The notes beneath the pieces are model-generated. The model searched no databases. It was given only the letters and a program-made list of their open reading frames with translations, and was not told where the DNA came from. Made by a program: the position numbers and the translations under genes. Shown here one piece after another: positions 34,707-46,404 of a stretch of 64,000 nucleotides of DNA (its first letter is position 1; each line of letters opens with the position of its first letter). Location: contig CBFFSA010000003.1 of NCBI GenBank assembly GCA_965644495.1, positions 1,240,001-1,304,000 on the forward strand, read 5' to 3'. This stretch comes from Perkinsela sp. CCAP 1560/9. Taxonomy: Eukaryota > Protista > Euglenozoa: Kinetoplastea.

Positions 34707-35749
34707 CTACCATATGTGCAGCTTTCTGGTCGCTTTCTGGGTCCCGAGGGCTAACGCCGTTGTCACTGGGTCGGAATTGTACCGGAGTAACGATTCGATT
34801 GACTGGTGCTTTGCGAGGTGCTGTACCTCGTCGAGACGGACGTTGCCGTCGGCAACCTGCTTGAACAACTGCGTGATGGCCCCACGCTTTGCCGAATGAG
34901 TCCCGTATCCGCTGCCGAGAATTTTGCGTATTTTCGAATTCGCCTCCGTCACCGTTGCGTGTGACATTGGTTGGAGGTGTCCGAGTTTGTGTATGTTTGT
35001 TATAACGCCAGGCGATGCGTTCCCTCGCCCTCTACCACCGTATACATTGAGGGCCGATACGGGTTCAGACGGGACGTCTTTGTCTTCTGTCCCCACCAAA
35101 TTACAATTCGCGTTGCGGATACCTCGTAAAAACGACCCCTGGTGAGCGTTGCTGTCTCCGTCCAACGGCTTGCCGCTTTCCAACACAGCAGCAATGTATG
35201 TTTTTCGCTTGACGGTAGGTGGATCCATAACATGTTCAATTGCGTGGGGGTGAGGGGAGACATCTGTCGGAACGGCTCTGCCGCTCCCTCGGCCATGAGG
35301 GATTTGATGTAAAAACGCAGGGGATTGGTTTGCATGCCGGCCATGCTTAGTATCGCCGCTACGCTCCGCGCGTAAGTCAACTTTCCCTGAATTTTGATCG
35401 GCATTTCGGCGATGAAAGTCACGGCGTGCAACGGAGTTATTGGAATTCCCTTCCAATTGCAGAATGTTGTTAGACGCTCCCACAGCTTGGCTCTGGCCTG
35501 CCACGTGGAGACGCTCCACATCTCCGACATTGCGTCCAACGCAGTGCGTACTTCTGGTGTGAGCACATTCACTCCCATTAGCAACTTCATGAGGCTTAGT
35601 CGCGCTGGCGCGGTCTGTTGAAGACTCAAAGTACCGTTGTACAATTGTCCTGAGGTGATCAATCTCCCTTTTAAGTTCACCGAGTTGGGTGTATACTCCA
35701 TGCTGCTTATTTTCCTTCTCTTCATCACTTGCGTAGAAATTACTGTCAT
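34707..35749 (-). pseudogene. Tyrosine recombinase, one frameshift near 35000-35030
   Basis: WKAASRW (catalytic R) and KTK in one frame; YGTHSAKRGA, LAKH and LLRY in the adjacent frame. Confidence 0.85.
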
Positions 35750-35797
35750 TCGACATTTGAATTTTATGACAGTACTGGCCGTTAGGGTGGGGTCGTT

Positions 35798-36290
35798 TCA
35801 AAGACTCTTGCTGCTTGAAGCAGGGCCAGCCACCCGCGCCCGAAAACCCTGCTGGAAACGTTTTGGGCAATTACACCACAAGTGCTCTGGGGATTGACAC
35901 CCGAAACATAATAACTTGCGTTGAGAAAAATTAGACGGACGAGGCTGGGCTTGACCATAACGTGCGGTAGAATAAACGTGAGCAGATGAATGAGCGACTG
36001 CGCGGGAGTGTTGCTTTTGACGTTCCACCAATTGTTCATTTACGTGGTGGTAAAACTTATCATTGGGCCGCACTTCTTTTTGCAGCTTCTGGTGAACCAA
36101 TCCGACATCTACCTGGCGAGCCTGCCAATACGCGTCGCGAACAGTCTAAATGATTGCACGTCCCATTTCCAGATAGGGTCCTTCGTTCCAATTAGGGATC
36201 ATCCGGGCAAAAAGAATCCACTTGCAGAAAACATTATAAAAAAAATCGCTCCTGGCGTATGACGAATCCTCGATCCTGGTAATACTTGTT
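35798..36290 (-). pseudogene. gag-like ORF with CCHC knuckle, one internal TAG, 5'-truncated
   Basis: ...WNEGPYLEMGRAII*TVRDAYWQ...CFGCQSPEHLWCNCP..QQGFRAR. Confidence 0.7.
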
Positions 36291-36294
36291 TCAG

Positions 36295-37850
36295 TTTAGC
36301 CAACTTGACATTCCAACTGAACCAGTTCCGATATTTGCTGTTCATGCTCTCGCACAAATTTGTTGAACCCCTTTCTGTTGCTCGATATTCGATATAGTGC
36401 TTGCAAATTAACCGGTGTGTCGTTACATATTGGCGTGTCGAAGCTGAGAGGTGCATCCTTTTTTGCTGGAATTCGAGGCATGTTTGCGCTTCCCGGATAC
36501 TTGTCTTCAGCGATAACCACAACTCCTCGATATCCGTTGCTTCTATCTCTTGTCTCACATCTCGATTGCGTGTGTTATCAAAGTGCGTTGCAACGTTGGC
36601 TGCGAACAATTGTAGAATTCCAGAGTCACGCAAAAGGAACCAAGGAGGATAAGTGTGACGTTTCTTCTTATGTACTTTCCATTTAATACAAGCTTCCACT
36701 GCATAATGCCCGGTGCTGATCGGAGGTTGTGTGACTCGATGTCGTGAAATTGTCGATGCAAACCGTCGAGTCAAAATAATGTGACCGAGCTTTTTGGTAT
36801 AGCCATTGGGAAACCTGAAGGTCCACTCTCTCGCTGTAGGACAAACTTCGAAACCAGAGACAGCATCTGCATTATCCAAGAATGTTTGGAGACCACAGTA
36901 CGCCGGTAGTTTTAGTTTTCCTTTTATAGATTGCGTCAAAGGAGCGTTAAAGTCTCCATAACAGCTTTCAATTGACGTTTGTTTCGTACGAAAGAATCAG
37001 TAAGGCGTGCCATGAACACTTTACGTTCTTCTTCCGGAGCATCGGCAGTTGGCGCGTATACATTGTACACCACAGCTTGGTAAGGCTCCATTTCTATTTC
37101 AGCATACGCAATTCTTTCGGATACGCTGAAGATGCGACGTAGAGAAAATCTGCTGATGAACATCAACCCTCCGTAACCATTGTCGGCAGATATGAAATAC
37201 AAGAAAAAAGTGGTCGTCCCAATTCGTATCGTCTTGACCGGCGAATTTTCACACGTAAAGCGCGTTTCCTGTACACAACATATCTGTATATCACGCAGTT
37301 TTTTTTGACAGCACATGTTCGTAATCATTCATCGAAGGGTTCAAAAGTGCTTTTTGAAAAATTTACGAAAAAGAAGTCGCAGTTGGGCCCTAAAAAAATA
37401 TGTATAAAATTGCTTTTTTAAGGGTAGTAATTCATCGAAGTGGACGTCTGGAAATGGGAAGGGGCATTGTGCAGAAAGGAATGGTAAAGATTCAGATTTC
37501 TTATAAGGAGGGGAAAGGAGAGGGTCCACAAGGTATCCTACACGAACGAGTAGACGTAGAAGTAGACATAATCTTGCGCAACGACGTAGCGATATCCTAT
37601 CAACGCCGTCCAGTCCCAATGTAATCACGTTCAAAGTCATAATAGTCAAACCCTTGTTCCTGGCGTTGCACAAACAGGGTTTCTCGTGACTGAGGTTGCC
37701 ACGCTCAGCCCCATTCCGAGGATAGTACCTCCGCCGCTTTCTCTTACGGGATCCTGATCGCTGTGCCTTGACGCTTCCTCCTCAGACAACAACTCTGGCA
37801 TCAACGGGGGGAAACGGGAATAGTTTATCCGGCACTCTTTCATACTTTAC
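36295..37850 (-). mobile_element. 5' fragment of an APE-type LINE (RTE-like), decayed, with an unrelated ~270-bp interruption at ~37326-37590
   Basis: IMTLNV.TL, ICCVQETR, NVYAPT, WTF..PNG....L.HI, ST.H.AV endonuclease motifs with frameshifts. Confidence 0.75.
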
Positions 37851-39667
37851 CCACCATCCCCCATTTCCATACCCTGGTGGGTAATAGGTGGTAATTTACC
37901 ACCTATTACCACATATTACCACATTTTACTGGCTACTCCAGTATAGAAAAATATTCCCTATGATTTCAATACATACAGTATGCAAAAAAACTGTTCACAT
38001 GTGTGACACTTTTTTGTTGTTGGTGTTTCCCTGTGGCCAGGTGTCGTGTGCATTGAAGTAGTATATCAGAGTAGTGTACGCGTGGGTACTAGGTATAAAG
38101 TAGGTTATGTTGCCATAGAGCTTCCGACTCAATCGGCTTTAAAACAAAAGTGTGATCGTATGCAAGTAAAGAAAAACATGTGAACAGTTTTTTTGCAATT
38201 TCGAGGTAAGATTTTTTAGGCGAAAAACACAATTTACTGATGCATAAAAACGAAGTATGTACCTTCAAATGAATACTAGCGGAACTCTTTCTTGTGTCTT
38301 GATTGATGTCTATATGCGCCTACGCATGCTGTCGACCAAGGAATGGCTTAACCTTGTGGTATGCTTGCTCATTCCTATTTGACCTGACTTTAGAGCTCCA
38401 GAACACCTGTGAATCGAGTTGCGCGACTTGCAATCGTTCTTTTTGGATGTTCTCTGTATGTGTTCTGGGGCTCCGAGGTGCGCCTAATGGGCTGTACATT
38501 CTAAAATCGTGTAAATCACATTAACAGAGAAGATCTTCGTCAACTTGCGACGCGAACTCTCCTCCCCCGTTCATCTCTGGCGAATTCAGATCCACATGTA
38601 ATCCACTCATTTTGAGCGGCTAAGGGCATTGTGTGGCATTATTCTTCATTATTAGCGTATGAAAAATCAACGAACAGTTCAGTATTCGTGGCCCCTTGAA
38701 GCAGGACAATCTTACTCGTACCATTGAGTGATATGCAGCACTATCAGGCCACCACACTCAATGGTACCTTGGGCAGTACACTCATCTAGACCTTCGCCCA
38801 AAATTTTATACCCCTATTTAGTTCGAACATTTTGGAAAGATATGCCTGTTTTTTTATTGCTACGCATTTAGAACAGAAACGTATTTGTTCTGTATTTGAT
38901 ATTTCAATAGATCCTTCACAGGCGATGTACATACTCCAGTGGTAGAACAAAAGAATATGTGTATAAAATTTTGGGCGAAGGTCTAGATGAGTGTACTGCC
39001 CAAGGTACCATTGAGTGTGGTGGCCTGATAGTGCTGCATATCACTCAATGGTACGAGTAAGATTGTCCTGCTTCAAGGGACCACGAATACTGAACTGTTC
39101 GTTGATTTTTCACATGCTAATAATCAAGAATAATGCCACACAATGCCCTTAGCCGCTCAAAATGAGTGGATTACATGTGGATCTGAATTCGCCAGAGATG
39201 AACGGGGGAGGAGAGTTCGCGTCGCAAGTTGACGAAGATCTTCTCTGTTAATGTGATTTACACGATTTTAGAATGTACAGCCCATTAGGCGCACCTCGGA
39301 GCCCCAGAACACATACAGAGAACATCCAAAAAGAACGATTGCAAGTCGCGCAACTCGATTCACAGGTGTTCTGGAGCTCTAAAGTCAGGTCAAATAGGAA
39401 TGAGCAAGCATACCACAAGGTTAAGCCATTCCTTGGTCGACAGCACGCGTAGGCGCATATAGACATCAATCAAGACACAAGAAAGAGTTCCGCTAGTATT
39501 CATTTGAAGGTACATACTTCGTTTTTATGCATCAGTACATTGTGTTTTTCGCCTAAAAAATCTTACCTCGAAATTTGCCAAAAAACTGTTCACATGTTTT
39601 TCTTTACTTGCATACGATCACACTTTTGTTACAAAGCCGATTGAGTCGGAAGCTCTATGGCAACATA

Positions 39668-41224
39668 CAGGGGGGGTCATGAAAAGAGTGGGGGGTCTAA
39701 AATTTGTACCGTGCGAGCTTTTGACCTAATTCCTTCGGTATTCAACAGATCTCGAAATTTTAAGACTACGTGAGTTATAACTACTTAGGCATATAAGGTT
39801 GAGTGATAATGGTGAGTCGGCAAAAAACAGGTTTTTTTGTTTTTTGCATATTTGGATTTTCTCATTATTTCATTATTGATCCCCCGTTTTTTTCTCGAAG
39901 AAGTCTGATTCGGGACGGGAAGCTCGTCAAAGTATTATTATACGATGCTTTCATATCAGATAATAGATAATCAAGCGCTTTTGGAATTGTAGCTTGTAGT
40001 TCCTTACGGTTTGTGGGGAGGAGAGTAAATTTTATGTGGTGATCCATCATGCTCCACAAATTTTCAATTAAATTTAAATCCGGCGACTTGGCAGGCCAAT
40101 CAGGAATGCTGATACCCATGTCTCTACCGACGCGGCGAGCGTGATTATGGCCCGGAGCGTTATCCATGATCACTGTTGCCGCTGGTTTACGCTTTAACCA
40201 GTTGTAGAAACCATTTCGTTTTGGCATGGCAGAGAGAAACGTTTCGTTAGTGACCGTCTCATTCTCCGCAAACTCATGAAAACAGTGAACCTTGGGAACC
40301 CCCCATTCAAGGCTCACCGCCATCCAAATATGAACCCCCTTTCCTCCGAAATATTTCTCAACATCTTTTGGTACCTCAAGGGGTTCATCTGACCTTTTGC
40401 AAATGTACCAAATATTGCGTGAGTGGTACCCGCATTTAAAAATCTTTTCATCCGTCCACAGAATACGGGCGTATTGAAAAGGGGTGAACCTCTCCAAACG
40501 ATTTGCCAACTCCAGGCGGTCGAATTTGTGCTGAGGCGTGAGATGAGGAACTTTCCTCATTTTTCTGCTTATGTACCCGCTCCTTTTCAGTGATCTTTTC
40601 ACAGACGAAAGAGAGAATGGGTACTTGGTTTGATCGATCTGGCGGTGAACCCACCTCCAAGATGGACAGCCAATGGGACTATGTTGATTTTCTTCATCTA
40701 CAATAGATTCTAACATTATTCGAAACTCTTCATTATCAATCGCATTCTTACGTATGTATTTTATACGTTCTAACCCTCCTGTCTCCCGGTGGCGTTTAAC
40801 CCATCGAGAGACAGTTGCTTCACTGCATTTCGTAAGAGCAGCAGTGTCTGTAATCGAACGTCCCTGGTTTTGTACCTCATGGACGCAAATTACACGTGTT
40901 TCATAAGTGATTTGTTGCGTCGAGAGGGTGCGCCTCTGGCGGCGAAGTGTTTTCGGCATAAAAGATGTGTTAGAAAGAGTTAAGTGGTATTTTATTCATA
41001 GATTAATGGGCTAAAATGATAAAAAATGATAAAAATCCGATTTTTTGCAGAATTTTCAGGTAAAAAATTCAGTAAAATTTTATCATGACGTCATATCAGC
41101 TTCAGGGGCGGCAACAATGGTGCCAGTAGTCTTAAAATTTCGAGATCTGTTGAATGCCGAAGGAAGGTCAAAAGCTCGCACGGTACAAATTTTAGACCCC
41201 CCACCTTTTTCGTGACCCCCCCTG
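39668..41224 (-). mobile_element. Tc1/IS630-like DNA transposon B, full length
   Basis: TA|CAGGGGGGGTCA...TGACCCCCCCTG|TA; ~100-bp TIRs. Confidence 0.93.
39865..40959 (-). CDS. Tc1-like transposase, DD32E, intact 364 aa
   Basis: TVSRWV HTH, LWTDEK, IWMAVS, MDNAPGH, WPAKSPDLNLIENLW. Confidence 0.93.
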   Translation of the reverse strand: MPKTLRRQRRTLSTQQITYETRVICVHEVQNQGRSITDTAALTKCSEATVSRWVKRHRETGGLERIKYIRKNAIDNEEFRIMLESIVDEENQHSPIGCPSWRWVHRQIDQTKYPFSLSSVKRSLKRSGYISRKMRKVPHLTPQHKFDRLELANRLERFTPFQYARILWTDEKIFKCGYHSRNIWYICKRSDEPLEVPKDVEKYFGGKGVHIWMAVSLEWGVPKVHCFHEFAENETVTNETFLSAMPKRNGFYNWLKRKPAATVIMDNAPGHNHARRVGRDMGISIPDWPAKSPDLNLIENLWSMMDHHIKFTLLPTNRKELQATIPKALDYLLSDMKASYNNTLTSFPSRIRLLREKNGGSIMK

Positions 41225-41484
41225 TATACCTAGTACCCACGCGTACACTACTCTGATATACTACTTCAATGCACACGACACCTGGCCACAGGGAAACACC
41301 AACAACAAAAAAGTGTCAAACATGTGAACAGTTTTTTTGCATACTGTAGTTCAAGAAATGTCTTTAAACAACAATGCATATGCTATGCGACGTAATTACT
41401 GGTCTGTTCTACGCACTATGACATTTTATTTGTTCTTTAGACTGCTGTTTAACATTATTTTATTCCTCCGAGAAATTCTAATTG

Positions 41485-43155
41485 ATGAGAGGACGACCGC
41501 CCGTCGCAAACATACCAATACGCATTCCGAGGCCTCCCCATCGGTCTTCCGCAATCCCTGAAAACCAAACTAATATAATTTCTTCCACCTCGCAAGGGAA
41601 TGGACCCTCTTCTATGAACTCTCCTGGCAGCCGGAGCTCCCACGATGACATCCTATCTCAACATGCCAGTCATACCCCGGAGCCTGTACAAGATACGGTC
41701 GATAGCACAGTGTGTCGGAGCTCTCGGATCAAAACAGATCAACTCGATTGACAGAGTTACCGCCGAAGAAAAGCAGAACTCGGTCAAAATCCAAAGTACT
41801 TTCAGATGCAGTGGCTCAACGCATTGTAGGGCCCAGCCAGCTCAGCGTCTCAATTCTCCAGGAATCCCCGCTGAACACTGCACTTAAGAAGGATCAGCGT
41901 TCAGGAAACGTGGAGGATCCGCTGAAGTACGGAGACCTATCGAACTTTTTCTACTATGAGTTATCCTCTTTCAAGCCAAATGGGAGTTTGCCTTCAAAGC
42001 TGTGCATTAAGGAAATGGAGTATAGACAAGGGTCGGCGTCCTTCTTGAAAGACTCCGCAAATCAAAGACGACATGCGGTGTGTCGCTCGTGTGGCATTAC
42101 CCTTCACAGTAGGTATAAGCAAACATACTATACCCACAAAAATGAATCTTGCAAAGCACTGAAGAAACAACAACAAGGAGGCGCCCATGAATCGCCAAAA
42201 ACGAACCTCACGGCTCAAACTTTTCTTTCGAAAGCATTGCCATGCCTCGGAGCACAGACGAATTTATCGACCGAGGGCCTTCTCAAGTTCGTAAGTGCAT
42301 ACGAAGGAGCACGCCCTGACATTTCCCCGGACCAAATTATTTCGAAGCTACCGTGCGCCAAAAAATTCCACCTCTCCGAGAAAGGCCTGGCTACCGAAAT
42401 ATGGGAGCTAGTCCACAAGACGGTTTCTGAAAGCGCCTTCTTTGGTATAGCTGTGGACGGAGGGATCGACAACGTGAAGCATCAAAACATATTAGTCAGT
42501 GTTTTGTACGCAGGAGCCAATTCGTTTGTTCTGCCCCCAATCTATCACAAACGTTACAAAGCGTTTAATGGGATTGAGATGGCGAAGTCTATCGTTAGTA
42601 TGCTTCGGCCTAGGTGACGGAGTTCAAAAGCTTCGTTACTTCATGGTCGATGGGTGCGGCGTGAATCACGTTGCACGACAGGCCACTGAGCGTGAACTTC
42701 GTGATATTTATGATCGAATATCTCCTGTTGGGATTGAGGATGTCACCAACGTGTGTAATGGGATTCGCATGGCTGTACCATGCGTGAAAGAATTATCGTG
42801 CTTCGGACACATTCTCAACCTGATTGCAAGAGATACTATGGTACCGTATCAACCATTACCCGTTATGTGTCTCAGAGATGCCTTTGCGCATATTTTCTGT
42901 TCAGGAGGAAAACCGAGTGCAAAGAAAAGGAAGTATATGGGACGTGCGATCGAAGAAATCTTGTGCTCCGTGGACGAAGAAACCCGTGATGCTGTGCAAC
43001 TGCTCTCTCAATGGTACCAAATTCTGGGGGATATCAATGTGCCCGATGAATTCCGTTCATCTCATGTCAATGATCTTTGCAGTTTATTTTTTTTATTTCT
43101 CTTCAGACCGCAAACATCTGCCAATGCGTTCAGGAGATGCTTGGTATTCTTATGA
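41485..43155 (+). pseudogene. hAT transposase, N-terminal half, frameshifted
   Basis: CRSC...H...C zinc finger, FGIAVDG (first D), FMVDG..VN (second D), SCFGHILNL (CxxH). Confidence 0.8.
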
Positions 43156-43583
43156 CAGGCCCCTCCTGAAAGAATCGGTAAACATTGAAACTGATGCGGA
43201 GGAATTAAGTCCAAAGCGACGTATTTCTTAACCTTCCGACCAATCGTATCCTTCATCAAAATTGCCGCTTTCTTTCCTAAAAAAATCTCGGAGGCATTTC
43301 TCCTGTGAAATCCTATGAGCTCTCTACAGCAGGAAGCCACGTAGGAAAATGAGAAATGTGCTCCTTCCCCCCTTCTCTCAATTTTCGAAGAGAAACTATC
43401 TCCATATAAAATTTACACTATAAAATATTTAGACGGATATGTTTTTATCTTGAGAGAAATCCCTTGAATCAATAAAAACCTACATATAACAATCAACACA
43501 GAGAATCGGGGCTACCCCCACATATTTGGGGGTTAAAAAAAAATTAGCCTACGCGTCTATGTAAGCTATTAACGGTTACGCTA

Positions 43584-43945
43584 TCAATTTGGAACGGCCT
43601 TCGCTATCTGAGACGAAAGTATAGTCCCATTTGACTGTTGTAGTTTTATTTTGAAATCCTGTACAACCTCATCACGCTCACGACCAGAAACGTTGGCCAG
43701 GCATTTTAACACGGTCAAGAGACTTCCATCCAAGGCTCCCCCTGCTAACATTGGCAGGCATATAAAATTTTCGCTCGGGATTAGCCCGGAACTCACGTAA
43801 GTTTCAATCTTTCGTTTTCGTGCGTCCTCCATTAGTTTGGAGCCTTTCTTGCCTAAATTTGTCTTAGACAGCTCATTTACCACTGTTATGTCGTAGTAAA
43901 TTTCACCTGATGGCCAATAGATTACCAGGTCTGGTTCACTTGTGT
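43584..43945 (-). pseudogene. 3' RLE-domain fragment of a CRE-like retrotransposon
   Basis: PDLVIYW.SGEIYYDITVV.EL...RK..TY matches the C-termini of the two larger CRE-like ORFs. Confidence 0.8.
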
Positions 43946-45917
43946 GAAAGGAACCGTACCCACATTTTTTTTTTGATGCTCGTTTCTCTGTTTGTCGCTG
44001 ACAGATTCTCCGCACTTTAAACACTGGTAGGATGTGAACTTTGCAGCGCTCTTGAAACTACTAAAAATGTATGTGTAGAGCCTGTGCAGTCTCTTCTTGT
44101 GACGTTACGCGGGAATGGTACCTTTGAGGAAAAGCACTTTGAACTTGAATTCGATCAGGAACACATTTTGTGTCATGACGACTCCGTACCTGAAACATTC
44201 AACCCACAGGCATCAACTTCACCAAACAGATGTGAAAACAACGACACGGTCTTGAACTGCGACACAATAGAGCTAATAAAAACTATCAACCCTACAACAG
44301 ATTTTCCGATCCCAAGTCACGAAATATGGAATATTTCTCGATGTGATTTTTTTTTAAACATAAACATAAACATAACCATAACCCTCTTGGTAACACAAGT
44401 TTATAATATGCGCCAATTAGACTCGGCAACTATGTTAATCTCTGATCCTCAGTGTTGACGATGGTGGCTAAAATAGTTTCTCTTCCTCAGAGGAGTCAGA
44501 GGCCAGGAACTGCTTTAATTGGGAGTAAACCACGGCGCCGTTTAGTTCTTGTAGCTGCAGTGCAAAGTCCTCAACAATCGTTTCGCGATCTGCTCCGCAT
44601 ACATCCGCGAGAGAGTTAAGAAGAGCCTTAGTGTTTGCATGCATGGCCCCGCCGGAGAGCATGGGGAGGCACACAAATTGGTTCGATGGTATCATAGCGG
44701 TCGTCACGTATGTTTTTATCTTGCGGCCTATAGCGTCTTTCATGAGTTGGGTTGCTTTTCTGCCTATGTTCGAGGGTGACAGCTCGTGAACTATGGTGAA
44801 ATCATAATAGATATCTCCCGATGCCCAGTGGATCACAATGTCTGGTCCGGATCGAATTAAAGCTCCGGTACCGCATGTTCGTTGGTGTTCGTGGCGCCTT
44901 TCTGTTTGTATCGACTCGGCGCATACCGTGCATTTGTAGGACGAAAAATTGCGGGGTTCTAATTCGCACGGGATTCCTCTTTTGAGGCATAGTTCGTAGA
45001 TTCGTCTTACCATTCTATGATGCTTCATTGTTGCGTTATTTCCATGGCATTTAACACATCCAGAAATATGGGTGATGGCTTCGTCTGACTTGAGAGTTAT
45101 ATGGCAGCCAGGGCATTGCACATGAGCGGGAAGACGAGGATGGGCCAAGCCAAGGCGGGGCATCACTGCTAGCGTAAAGTATCGTGAGGATACCATTCTT
45201 GTTCTAGAGGTTAGCCAGGAGAAGTTTCCTTTTTCGCAGGTCGCTTGTAAGATTGGTCCCGCTATTTTATCTTGCATCAGGGTTTCTTTTACCTTGGAAT
45301 GAAACAAGTCTTCCGTTACGATTTCATCATCTGGAGGGTTTTCCGGGCTGTATTCGTGGCGTGGCAGTGGGGTCATACTCATTGCAAGAGCTGAAGGGGT
45401 TTTTATTCGCTCTAGAGCAAAAAAGTGTGACTTTTTATATGATGCCTCTGCGATGCCGGATGCTGGAGATAGTCCTAGTCCTCCTTTTCTGATGGGAAGC
45501 CTAGCCCAAGAGAGTTGAATGTCTGATAGGTTTCCAAGCCACTTGGTTAACACGCCTTCCACTCCCTTGTCAAAAGCCTCAGCGGCACCTATAGTGGACT
45601 CCGGGGGATGTACGCGCAGCTGGTATCGTAGCCGTACGTTTATGCATTTGGAGAGCAGTAGGAGTGACACATTATTAGCCCCCATTTTTTTTAACCGTCT
45701 CATTGCCGAGCTGTGTTTTTGAAGCGATTTCAGGAGCAAATCTTTTACTTTTTCGGTATCTCCAATAAATGCATCTAGAGTCTTCGTTGCCTGCGGTTCC
45801 GTCTTAACTCCCACGCTAAAGAGGTCTTCCGATAGGTTCGTTCCGTGTTTACCGGAGAACCATACACACTTCTCGGGCGCCAATTCAATCAATTTGTCAT
45901 GCAACAATCCACGTAGT

Positions 45918-46132
45918 GTCGCCCGGTGTCAAGATAACAAGACACTAAACAACTAGGGCATGATACCTCATTCTCCCGGAGGAGGCAAGTCGGGTGTCTA
46001 CATGCTGCGGTTGAGCCTAGGCTCTCGCGCTGTAGATTTACTCCCCGCGTGGAACACCCGCACCGCTACCTACGCGGAAAGTGAGGAGGCCACATCTCTT
46101 CGGAGACAAACGGCCCGGACCCAACAACAACA
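45918..46132 (+). mobile_element. 215-bp short retroposon with (CAA)n tail
   Basis: 17-bp TSD GCAACAATCCACGTAGT (45901-45917 / 46133-46149); removing it restores FTRLRGLLHDKL of the CRE RT. Confidence 0.88.
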
Positions 46133-46404
46133 GCAACAATCCACGTAGTCTTGTAAAAGCGCTCGTTATGAGCTGTGGGTCTTGCGCCGCAAAGTTAATA
46201 TCGTCAATATATGCGTATACGCGCAGTAGTGGAAATTCTTGCACTATGGTTTCGAGCATGGGTTGGAGGAGACTGCAGAAGAACAATGATGACAGAGGAG
46301 AGCCTTGTCTAACACCTGCTGAGCTTTTTATTGTACGTAGAAATTGCCCATCTTTTCCGTAATATAGTAGCTCTGACGGCTCGCTATATTCGGCTGCAAA
46401 TATA

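Larger units (their letters stand above)
31107..34713 (-). pseudogene. Reverse transcriptase-RNase H split by the pogo insertion (32146-34139)
   Basis: RRRFIAW and DLACGFWQV on one side; IPL..R..FRF, MPMGH..APE, YIDG, TDAS..GWGA, VDNTS and NPADPYSR on the other. Removing the insert plus one TA restores WQVVIPLAC in frame. Confidence 0.9.
31107..36290 (-). mobile_element. VIPER/TATE-like tyrosine-recombinase retrotransposon (gag-YR-RT/RH), disrupted; true ends not resolved
   Basis: Order gag (CFGC.SPEHLWCNC), YR, RT-RH with overlapping frames; interrupted by a pogo element at a TA. Confidence 0.88.
37976..41346. mobile_element. Foldback-type element with ~836-bp inverted arms and 149-bp spacer, TA TSD
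   Basis: TA|CAGTATGCAAAAAAACTGTTCACATG ... CATGTGAACAGTTTTTTTGCATACTG|TA. Arm 1 is 37976-38811; arm 2 is 38961-39667 plus 41225-41346. Confidence 0.9.

Noticed and set aside
34707-35870. 387-aa ORF as a real single protein
   Set aside because: Chimera of the overprinted RT N-terminus and the YR C-terminus created by a frameshift
38303-39469. Two identical 73-aa ORFs on opposite strands as a duplicated gene
   Set aside because: Consequence of the foldback arms; no recognisable protein
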